Shown here one piece after another: positions 27,701 through 39,700 of a stretch of 64,000 nucleotides of DNA. Origin of the DNA: Candidatus Omnitrophota bacterium. GTDB taxonomy: Bacteria; Omnitrophota; Gorgyraeia; Gygaellales; Profunditerraquicolaceae. The position numbers and the translations under genes were made by a program. A model generated the notes under the pieces. It was not told where the DNA came from and ran no database searches. It was given only the letters and a program-made list of their open reading frames with translations. Position 1 is the first letter of the stretch. Each line of letters begins with the position of its first letter. The DNA is taken from contig JBEKSD010000004.1 of NCBI GenBank assembly GCA_049517335.1, positions 1-64,000 on the forward strand, read 5' to 3'.

Positions 27701-30700
27701 TGCTGCTGAGGTTTATCCGGCCACGCAAATAACTGGTATTGAGCTAGAGAGGGAGTCTTTTGAAGAAAGCTTAAGGTGTCAGGAAGAAGCAGGGGTTGCC
27801 AATGTTGAGTTTATAAACTGTGATGCCTTAAGTGAGGAGATAGATTATTCTCAGTTTGACGTAATCTATATGTACTTTCCTATTACTTGTGATTTAGGGT
27901 TCTACCATAGTTTGGCTAAGAGATTAGCATCGCAGATGAAGCCGGGAGCGCGCTTCGTCTGCTTTAGGGTTCAGAAGTGTAGCGGGGAAGAAATGCGCCG
28001 TATAAAGAATTACCTAAAGGGCAGCCTTACAAAACTAGTGTATCAGAGAAAGTTTAGTTGTGATTCGTTTGTACTTCCTAAGGTAGGGGCGTCATGGAGA
28101 TTCTGCTCACCCCATATGGGGGAAGTGTATACAAAGCTGGCTGAGTTGGCTTTACACAAAGAACCCGCGTTTGCACCGGAGACACCCCTTAACCGCGGCA
28201 TGTGCCCGGATAAACCTGACGCCGCGCCAAAAGGTACCGTCTCCTCTCCCGCCACCCCAAGAACAAAACCCACTCGTAGGACTAAGGGCGATTCCTTCAG
28301 CCAATTTGCAGTTATCCTTGGTATTATCTGTTTCAGCCTTGCCTTGACCGCGCCCTGGTGGTTGCCAGCGCTAAAGCTTATTCTCGCTGGCATAGGTACG
28401 GCCATCGCTGTTCTTGCCCCACCGGTTTCTTTCAAGCTCCTCGCCGCAGGCGCAATGATGGGGACGATGGTTGAGAATAGTAATTCCGCTGGCAGCTTCA
28501 AGACAGATCTGAAAAAAGGAGAACAATTTAAAGTCCCTGGGCACAATGTCTGGATTACGTTTTTAGGCAAAGTAACCCTACAAGACGAGGATACTCTTGA
28601 GTTTTACGCACCCGAATACATCATCGCATACGGCACTGAAAAAAATTACATAGGAAGAGGAACAAGGCCTTTTGGGAAGTCTGTAAGAGTAGGATGGCCA
28701 ATGTTATGTTATGTCCCAGATTATGCGCCAAAAATAAAAAAATCGTTTGTAATGACCGTAGAAGATATTGATGAGGCCGCAGAGACAGTAAGTATAATTT
28801 TTGAAGGAGCGTATGAGTCAGAACCGTGCCTGCGATCTGATGAGACGGATGAGAATAAGGCAGGGGTATGGGGGGTTCCGGCAGGAAGGGTAGATTTGGA
28901 ACCCAACCTAAAAAAACTGGATTCTGATGATGAAACAGAACAGCAAAGCGCGATGAAGGAGATTCTCTCCGTTGGAGAATGGATAGTGCCTCGTTTACAA
29001 GAGGAAACACGTAAGACAGAAGAGGCTTTAAAGGAGGAGATAGGAGGTAAGGCAAGGGTTTATAAAATAGAACAATTAACTAAATTCAGGGCCTCGCTTC
29101 TTAAATTGTTGCGTTGCTTTGCCATGCAAACCTGTATTATGCAGTATCTCCTTGAGAAGAAGCGCGACGATATCATCAACGCTATTTTGGAAAACATTCT
29201 AAGCGTGCTCAGGCATAAACTAAGCGCGGACTTATGGAGTTTCTTCTTAAGCATCGGTGTGTCGAAAACAATCGAAGGGAGAGATTATATACTCTTTGAT
29301 GTTGATTGCAAGTCCCAGACCAAACTCGCTGATATTTTTGATGCGATGGATAAACATCTATATCACAAGCGGCTCTATCTCGGAGCTGCACCACTTCTTA
29401 CGCCGTCAGATTTCCGCAAGATTAAACTTGAGCTTTCTGGATGTAGAGATGAGGTACAGAATCAATTACTTGGTATGGTCTTGGGGCATATGGATAAGCC
29501 AGATGATGGGAGACTTGAATGTAATATGGGTTTCCTCGGGAAAGACTGGCCGGTTACCGTAGGAAAAGAATTCAGGGAAGCTGCTGGCTGCTGGTTAATC
29601 AGAGTTGACACAGGGCATCCTGCATACGGCACAGTTTATTATGAAGTTTCTGCGAAGAAAACATTACGCAGATTTAAAGAAGTCCAATCCGCCCCGTCGC
29701 CCGCCACTACTGCGCTACCGAATAAGGACACAAAGGAGAGTCACCCTCAACATGCTCGGGTGATTACACAACTTTTTGGGACAGCCTGCTTTGGTCTGCT
29801 AAGCCTCGTGTTTAAGCGTGATACAAGAGTCATAAAAGGGTTCTTAAGAGTGGCTCACGAATCTTATATAGAAAAAATAGATTATCTTAGTAATTTAGTT
29901 ATCCGCGGTCCGCCTTTAGGATTAGGGTATATTTTACTCATCCCTGCTCTTCCGTTTATACTCTTCCTCGCTTTTATCCTGCCCATCGCTACTGCAGGAG
30001 AACTAATTCAATGGCATATTCCTGATAATGGGCAAGGTCTTTCCGAGTTCGTCAGGAATTCAATCGTTATCCACCATGAAAATGCACATTTAAAAGGCGA
30101 AGGAGAACTCTTTGCCCTCAAAGCCCAAGCCGAAGATTTCCAGAAAATACCTACGCCGCAAACCTTAGAAAGTTGCCCTACAAGCACCGTATCTGCAGCA
30201 AGGATTTTCGTCAGCGTCTTCACAAAAACATTGATTGTAACCGCTTTTATCGTAGCCGGTATTTATTTATGCTTACCGGATATCTCACTGTGGGAATATT
30301 TTGGTTCTCCGGCACTGATATGGCCAATAACCGCTCTGTTAAGTGTCACTAAGTTAAGGGCCTTAATCAGTTTTCTTATTTTCATACCCGCAGGAGAAAT
30401 CTTAGGCCAGTATATTAATATTAAGCTGGCTAACCCCGGCGAGAAGTCGTTTAGGCTAAATTTTGTCTTACGGATGTTCCTGGCTACCCTATTACTTTTT
30501 GGATGGTTTTGGTCATTGACTTACCTATTATGGGTTGATTCTTTGCCACCTTATTTAATCGGCCTTGCCGACCAGGTGAACACTGCTTTTATTTCAGTTT
30601 TTATCATCTTTCTCCTGCACAGGCAATTTAAAAATCTCTTCCAAAATGTTGGCGATGAGATTCGCACGATGTTGCCGGAATTGAGGCAGGCAGTTGCTAT

Positions 30701-33700
30701 TTTAATGCTAGCGTGGGCCTTGGCATTAGGGATTATATTTTCAATACCTTGCAGTATGGAAACAAAAAGCATTATTGTGGCTATCCTGCAACCATTCTCC
30801 GCTATTACTATGTCCTATCTAGCGAACAGGAGATCTGATAGAGGCGGGCAAATAGAATTGAGGGAGTGGGCAAAACCAGTATTAGTTTTCACTCTTGTCT
30901 TTAATTATCTTTTCTTTGTGGTCGGCACCATGTGGCTTCTAAATATTCCCCGCCTTCGTATTCCTATGCTCCTCACAGGCGTATTTTTCTATGTTGCGGT
31001 AGTTTTATTGGGGTTTAGAAAATCCGTTCCTATGCCGGCAGATGCTTTGCCACTTCTCCAGAATTGCCTTACTATCGCTTGCCTTGATAACTATGCAAGA
31101 GGGCCAAAGAATATATTTAGTGACAGAAGCGATATTAATCAGAGGTTGCGCGAGGTTTTTAGATACGCCGGGCCTTCTATAGAAAATTTTGCCGGGCATA
31201 ACAACCTGATAATCAATGAACCGCAATTGCGCTTTATAAACTGGTATTCAAGTTTCATGGGCGAGGATAGACCTATATTTGATATATTGTATTTACAGGG
31301 ATTATACCGCCTTATACTAAGGTCAGTGAATTTTAATTACAATTTTCAAAAGAATTTTGCTGCCTTATCGATGGCAACTCAACTCCTTTTTCTCAATAAG
31401 GCCAATGAATCCTTAGGCATCATTGAAGGTGAAATTACAGCAGCATATTTGCGTAATCCGGCCAATAGAGGAAAATTAGCTTATCTTTATGAGACAATCG
31501 GTGTAGTCTATATGGTTTCCTACGACGAAGAAATACCCAGCATGATGGATGAAGTTTATATCAATTCTTGCCTTGCCTCAGCAGGCCTGAATCTCTACCG
31601 GTTAACACATATGACGATTGATGAAGTTGAAGGTATTCTTAATATTAACCCTTCAAGGATAACTTCGCGGCGGATATCATACCAGGATGAGTCGGAGGAG
31701 AGAGCCTACTACAGGAGGCTACAGGCAGATATAGAGGCCGCATGCGGTATTACCCCGGGAAAACAATCTGCTGCACGAGCAGATTTGGATGTAATGGTAT
31801 CTTCCCGAAGAAGAACCGAATGGGGACGTAACAGAATGCTCTCCGTTCCGATGGAGGATATCGACCATGCCCTGATAGATTTATTTAGAAACAATGAAGG
31901 CAAATTCATCAGAGATACTTTGAGTAAAAAGGTGGGCCACGAGATTGCCTTAAAACATATTGATAATCATATAGTTATAGAATTAAGGAACGAAGCTGCC
32001 CGTAGCGGCATATATAAAGTGTACACCGGAGTAAGCGAGGGGGATAGCGGTCAATTCAAACCATGCGCTTTTGGCTTGGCGGTTGCAAAATGCGATTTTT
32101 TAAATAGGGCCGTAGAAAATGAGTTTAATACAGTAAATCATTTTCGTCAGATTTGCCGTTATGTAATGCAGCCCTACTGTTGCGATAGGGTTTCTATTTC
32201 TGTCGCGGGAATAAATACTGAATTAGCGGTATTTTCCATGGAGTGGAAAGAGGGATTTGAAGAGGTTAATTTTGTTTCAAGGCGGTTGGCTCGAGACAGG
32301 CCTGAAGATTTCGGGGATTTGGTGCAACCGGCAGAAAGTGGCGCAGGAGTTGTTCTATCCGCCTACAATCCAGCACGGGGATTGACAACACTTGTGCCAC
32401 TGGATAATGAACAGACCGGCAGGAATATCAAAGAAGAGATAGTAAAGATTATCACACTCTGTTTTGACCCCGAGAAAGGCGAGAGATTAGAAGACTCCTG
32501 TTTTAATGCCGGAGATTTTGTCTACAATCCCGATACAAAAGAAGTTTCCCTTATAAGCTGCAGGGGGATTCGGGCCATGAATCAAGAAGGAATGTTTGAA
32601 TATACCAAAGAACAGGTCAATGTATATGATTTTATATTTTGGTTGTTATCAACCAAAACGATCTCTCAAGGAATTTGTTGGTTGCCTCCGGGCCACTGGG
32701 GCGATTACGAAGAGATTATCTTTGAACCTCAAGATGTTTTTAATGGAATTAAGAAAGCACTAATAGAGAAATATGGGCCAAGGGAAGGTATCAGGAAGCT
32801 GGTGGTATGGTTTAAGTTTTATAACGAGGTAACTAAAGACTCTTTGGCTCACTTATTAAAGGATGCGGAGCCGCCCGCTGACCCTGCCGCTTGCAACCCA
32901 GCCGGAGTTGCGCGCACGACGAGCTATGGCCAACGCTACTATGAATTGCTTAAAGATGCACGTTGGTCTAGTCAGGTTCGGGCCTGGTTCATTAAGGTAT
33001 TCGTTACTCCATTTATGGAACCGATTGATTTTATGCGTAAGCCAGGAGGATTTGCACGGTTCATGGCTGCTCATAATGATATCTTGGGTAAGTCATCCTT
33101 GCATAAGGCAGCGCAAGTGTGGTTTAGGCTTCTGAGAGTTGCCCTGCGGTTTAAAAACCCGTTTATCAAATGGGGGATTTGGGGTGTTGGTTATATCCCT
33201 GCAGTAATCTCACATTCATTATACAACCTTGGCCTTCGTCCTCAAGGAGCAGCGGTGGGAGTGGCGAGGAAGAATAATCGAGGAAAGCCGATTCAGCCAA
33301 GGCGAGACCAAGAGTTAGAAGCTCTTGTTGAGTCGATTATGGCAAGTGGACAGCAAGAACAAAAGATTTCTGGTGGGATTGAGATAAATATGGTTACCGG
33401 TCCAAATAAGAAAAGATTTGTGCCCGCAGAAGGGCATACTGCTTCACCGTCGGTCACGCTCTTTCGTGATCGTATTGCAAGAGGAGAAATCTCTGAACTT
33501 GTAGATTTGTGTGGCGAAGAGGAAGTTCAGATTCTTCTGGCTAAGTTAATTGATTCAGCTGATTTTATAGTTGAAGTACCTGATACCCCAAAACATGAAG
33601 CAATCATAGATACTGTATTAAGATTAAAAGCAAAGATTGATCTAATCCAGATGATTAGTATTGCTATGGCGATGGAAGCAGTGGTCAATCACCTCAAGGG

Positions 33701-36700
33701 AGAAAGAAAAGATTATGCACCATTACTCGGATACCTTAATGAGTACCTTATTAACAGTCATACGCGCAACAAACGTTTGGCGCAGATGTACGGTAGTATT
33801 CCAGCTATTAGCAGCGCTACTCAGATACAAAGGTTGGAATTGTGGGGAGTAAAAAGTGGCTACCATGCGGATGTAATTCGGGTAGAGGTGAAACTGGTTG
33901 ACCAGCGCACGCTCCGTTTTGCGGTCAACGTTAGCAGGGATTTACGTGATGCAGTAGGTGAACTGCAAAGGGCCTTTGATTCATTAAAAGCTAAATTTGC
34001 CCAAAATTCTACCTATATTATGGAACCCTTCACTTTGGGCATCGGCAACGTATCTTCATGGCGAGGCGAGGAGTCAGTGCCGCTAATGGTAAGCGAATGG
34101 CTTGATGGATTTGACGAACTGCATCTGATGGAGACAACCGGTTCCCGTATACGTGTACGGTATGGCCAGGATGAATCAAAGGACGCTCTGCCTGAGCCTG
34201 AAAGCGACCAGGTCTGGCAAACCATGACAAGAATTAGGACTCTATATTCCGAGCTGACTACCGAGAAAGGCACTGCATTACAAGCACACGTCATCGCAGG
34301 GGACTTCGTTGGGAAAAAGAATGCAAAGGGCGGGTGGGAAGTAATGGTAGTTTGGACGCAAGATAATATTCGCAAGCAATATGCGCGGGAAGAAATTGTC
34401 TTAAATGCCTTGCTGCAGGGTGAAGTGGACTTTCTGTCTAGTTATATTTTTTGTCCAGGCGCAATATTGTGGGAGCGTTTTGATTTGGCCATTCCAGCAT
34501 TTGTGGCAGGTTTTGTTGAGGCAGGAGGAAGAAAGGAGAATGCCTTAGAAATACTGCGGCTGGTTTATAAAGAAACCCTACCAAGGATATTAAAGAGTTC
34601 CGAATCACACCCTGTGGTTATACGTTTACAAGAAGCCTATGGAGAGGAAATTTTAGTTAGGTTGAGGAAACTCCGGCGTGCCATAGGGAAGTTCTTAGGA
34701 GAAGAAGATGCCGAGCCTAGAAAACAAGAAGTATCTGACGAGGAATCCACTGATAGGCCATCGTTGGTGCAAAATGTAGAACTCGAAGATATTATTGGAG
34801 CCCATCCATTTAAAGTGCAGGCGGTGGTTGGTCCGGATAAAACTCCTCTCTACGGAGAAGATGGAACTTTTCTTTCTAATAAAGGACCTACCATAGGAAC
34901 ACTTGAGCAATTACGAGGCTTTCCTTATCAAAAGTTAATTGCCGACTTAAAAAGAGATTGTAATATCAGCGAAGAAATGCTTTTGTTTATTTTAAGAAAG
35001 AGCCGTAATATTCGTGGCGTTATGGTTCCTACAACGTTGGAAAAAACTATTTTACCTTATCTCGATGCTATTATCAAACTTAAAAAAGCCTTACTTACTG
35101 CCAGAGTTCTTGATGGCGAAGAAATCATTCAAGCAGTAATGCTACATTTAGCCGGAGCAGATTCTTCTTACCAAAACTTGCTACGTTATATAAATCATAT
35201 CCTTTCCAACCAAGGACAAAACCCCAGGTTTGCTGCTATTCTTTCTTCGGAAGATAAAGTAAAGAATGTGCAGGAAATTGAGAGCCTTGAACTATGGTTT
35301 GTCAAAGAAGGCTCTATTACCGAGGTTGTTGCAGTTGAAGTGCAATTACGCGATATTGCCGGCAGGCAATCAAAGGTTAGATTTGTAGTCAATGTTCCCC
35401 TCGACCGCACAAAGTGCGTTGAATGTCTGAGGCATGCTTACTCTCGGCTACATACCTACTATCAGCGTAATCCCAGTTTTGTTATGGAACCTTTTGCTTT
35501 AGGCACAGAAGAGGTACCGCTACTTGTCGGAGAATGGGTGGAGAATAGTGATGAGTTACATTTATATCATGAAACTGGCGCAAAGCAATTTCATGTCTGG
35601 GCAGGGCAGGAGCAGAGAAAAGATGTAATACGCTCGGTTGAAGATTCGCGGGAAATTTGGAAACAGATTATTCAGGCTAGGGTTATGTATTCGCAGCTCT
35701 TACCTGAAATGGGAATCCTACCCTGCTTATTGTTTGTTAACCGGGGGGATTATGTGGTCTATGACGATATGCAAGGCAGTCCCCATGTCGTTTTAATTTG
35801 GGATGGCAGTTTGAGTTTATATAAAGGTATCTATGAAGATATCAAGGTTTTTAACCCCGTAGATATTGTAATAAATATGCTTTACATGTTTGACCGAGAT
35901 TCTGATAGCGGGAAGGAATATCTTATCTGTTTTGATGAGCCTGATTTGGCTATTCAGATTTTGGAAGAAACCTTCCCGCTCTGTCAACCCTATCCTGAGC
36001 TAGCCAAGAGCTTACTCCAAATGTTATTTATCACGGCTTACACTGAGGGTTTTCCAAGTTTAATTGAAATGCTTAAACCAGAAGAATCTCTTGGGAGACT
36101 TTTAGATTCGAGCGAACAACCAAAGCTATATGCCGCAGCAGTAAAGGCTTATGAGGCACTGGGTAGATATTTGAAAGGAAAAGAAACAGGCTTGGGTGGG
36201 ACCGGGATTTATTCGCAGGAAGAAATAAAGCAGATGATTGAAGAAGACAGAAGAGCGGGTAGGATTGAAGCGCCTTCAGCGCAACTTAAGCGGAAACTCT
36301 CGTTTGCGAATTTCCTAGCCAGCCCCAACATTATCTACCTGCGCTATATAAAAGCGCGCGGCCTGATTAACGCCCCGCCGAAAGTCCGTGGTTACCAAAT
36401 CATTAACTCCGAACGAATCCGCTTTGGTGCCTGGCTTTCTGATAACGGCGTTCTTTACCTTGAAAGACCCTACCTTCCCCAGAACCTCACCCTGCTTATC
36501 TCCCACGAACGCATAGAAAAAGTAACTCAAGACCACGCGCTAGCCCAGCGTTTAGCGCCCCTGATTCAGCTGCTATCAGCTAACCCGCCAACAGACACAT
36601 ATCAAATGGTGCAAGTCCCCGGGACCAGGATTATTATTTATTCATCCCGAGATATTCCCCTGTCAGATGACTATACCTTGATGTTTGTTAATCTAATTAC

Positions 36701-39700
36701 TAGGATGCCGCGCTTTTTTAAGAGAAAGAAAGCGCTTGATATGGGAACTGGTTCCGCAGCATTAGCCAAGACACTGTTAGGCTATACCAATATGGAGAAG
36801 GTGGTCGCCAGCGATATAATACCACAAGCGGTAGAGCTTGCGCGGATAAACTTAAGTGAAGAAATTAGTGCTGGGCGGGCTCTAGTAAGACAGAGTGACC
36901 TTTACGAAAACATTAGGGATTTGTTTCCGTTTGACGTTATCCTTTTTGCTAATCCCTTTATAGAAGGCGATCCTGACAGGAAGAATATTCTGAGCTATTC
37001 TACAAAAGCAGGGAAAGGGTATTCAACCGTTATCAAGGCATTACAGGGATTGCCTCAGGCGCTTACGCCGGGTGGTAACGCCTTTTTCGTGGCGACGTCG
37101 GGTTATCTCGGTGAAAATTCACCCTTCTTAAATCAGAGAGATCTTAAGAATAATGTGCCTGCTGGGTGGGATGTGCAAGATGTAGGCGAGTCTTACGAGG
37201 CCCGTCAAGGGATTTATTTCTCCGTGTTTCGGGTCTATGACCTATCAAAAGAAAATGGAGGAGTGTATGTTGAGTTGACGCCGGAAGCGCCACGTTTCCA
37301 TTTAGCTGCGCCGCAAGAGTTCAGCGAGTTAATGCGCGTATTAAGACAATACCTGCCAATATATCATAGAAGAGTAGAATCGCCCTTCGCTCCCGGACAT
37401 TATCCTGGGCGACTTATCCCAGCGGATTTGTCCTGGAGGGCTCCTCCAGAAAAAGCGCAGAGAGAATATTTTGAGCGCGCCTCTAAGCAATATGAGTTAA
37501 GGTATGACTTTGACCCCACGCTTGAGACAGTTGCCGAGTGCTCCTTGTTTGGTGCAACAGCCACCTTTTCAAGCGAACTTCTGGCAAGGGCGCCTCCTTT
37601 AAAGGATACCCGTAACTCCCAACTCTTCCAGGTCCTGATTAATGAATTCTTACGCCATGAAAAAGGCCATTCCGAAAATAAATTAGACCCGCAAATCCTT
37701 ACCGAATCCTTAAACTATTTCATAGCCAATCCAAAAGAACTAAAAGATTTCTTAGAGGCACTCAGGGTCTTTGGCGTAGAGATTACCGATAGGAAATACC
37801 TCGCTGAATTAAAGAAGATAGATAGTCTCACATCAAAAAATAAACCCGTAAAAGCCGCTCCTGAGCCGTCATCCCATGCCTCCAGCCTCATAAGAACCCA
37901 ACAACCCGTTGGTTATTATCTTTTGCGGTATCTTATGTTTATTGATGGTCTAACCGAACAATACAATCTCGTCTCAAGCTTGCAAATTTTCTTCTTCGGT
38001 AAAATGCCGGAGAAGTATTTTAAGTTCAGGAAATTCGGGCTTTCAGGGGCCCAACAACAAGAGGCTCTTAATCTCCTTATGAGAGTCTATAAACAGATCG
38101 TTTCTCAAATGGACGAAACATCTCTGGATAGAGAGCTACTTCAAGATTTACTTAATGGTGTTGTAGATGAGGTCGCTAGGATATACCGGATATCTTGGCA
38201 GGATTTCTCGGATGGTTTTGATGCATCGTTGAGAGAAGATAAAGATGTTGTTGACAGAGAGTTCCGAATTTTCTTGAGTTATCTCGAACCTTGCTTACAG
38301 GAGGAAGCTTCAGATAGAAAGTGGCGTATTGCACAATTCTCTCGAGAAGTAAAGAGTAAGCTCCATGACGTGGCCCTCATTTATTTGCTTCAAAATATTC
38401 CTCTTCCCTGGCAAGTTGGTAAGACCAGAGGCAAAGAAGTTTCATGGAGACAAAAGGGTAAATTCTGGGTATTTGCCACGCAACATTATGGTTGGAAGGG
38501 TGTTTGCTATATAGAGGTGGTTTATGCAGAGCAAGCTGATAACCAGCCGATTTATGTTTATTTCGGCGCTTCGCCTCCAGCAACCGTAATAATTGATGAA
38601 GGACTTTATCGGGAATACGCAGGGAGTAATCGCTCCACCCCCGCCATGCAGCCGACGGATGATACCAAAGCTCGGTTGGCTGAGGCGATGGAGCAAGACC
38701 GAAAGGCTCTGTGGGCTGCGCTTGGGAGAGGCGACACCAGCGTTCAGGGCAACGAGCACGTCCTTGCCTTATCGATTCAGATTGCAGCAGAAGAAGAAGC
38801 TAAGCGGCCACATTGGCAGCGGTTGCTGGTAGTGTCAATTTTCTCGTCGTTCTGGTTTGCCCTCGTGCATATCAGAGGTGTGGTGGATATGGAAAAGGTA
38901 AGAGCGGGAGACCCGAATCTGTGGCGACATCCGAGACTTGGTGAACTGTGGAGTCTGTTTTGTTTAGCTCAGGCCACGGACAAAGTTTATCGAAAAAAAT
39001 ATCACGAGGCAGTCAAGCACTCTCTGGGGTTAAGGTGGCAAAAGGGAATAGCCCGGCAGGATGCCTTTGCTGAGGCAATCCAGGTGCATCAGGAATTTAA
39101 CCGTGCGGCCTTCTTGCAGAAAATCCCGAAAAAATATCATCCTGCCTTAACTAGCCTCTTTGCTCAAGGCGTGCCACGCGTGCCGGCAATGGCGGAAAGA
39201 GAGAATGATGATGAATTAATAATTATTGATCCAAAAAAAGGCACACGCGTAAGAACTATTGATTACAAATCCCCAATTCAACTTATTCTTGGGAGCGAGG
39301 GAAGCAAGAGATTCCTAATTTTAAAAGCCAAAGATTACCTAGAGCTTTGCGGAAAAGATGCATACCCCATAAGTGACTCTACTAACAAGAAGTTATATTT
39401 ATTTGAATTAATCGACCCTGGAGGAGAAAAAGTTATTCCACACGCGCCTCTTGAATTGACAGCAACAACCATTTTGCCTTTAGGTAGCGATATACCTGAC
39501 TCAGTCTCTGAAAAAAATTGCTCTATTAACTTAGCATTAGCAGGTGAAGCTAAGTTAACGATAACTGTCGATGTTAATACCAATGGAACAGCATATAAAG
39601 AATGTAGTGTTGCTTCATTACAGGCTTTGCTGACGCAGGGATATAGAATTTATGACAAAAAGGCAGCTGAGCAGACAGAAGCTAGAGATAGAAAAGCCCA

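Larger units (their letters stand above)
21460..28483 (+). repeat. Dispersed intragenic repeat family B (transmembrane cassette), copies at about 21460-21640, 24081-24323, 25535-25620 (diverged) and 28242-28483
   Basis: SFSQFAV..IIC..LA.TAP.W...LKL.LAGIGTA....APP.S..LL.AGAM.G, with clear DNA-level identity. Confidence 0.93.

Noticed and set aside
5961-28483. Dispersed repeats as a CRISPR array, integron attC sites or IS ends
   Set aside because: They are in-frame coding repeats, kb apart, with synonymous divergence in the best-aligned pair; no cas, integrase or transposase gene is in the window.
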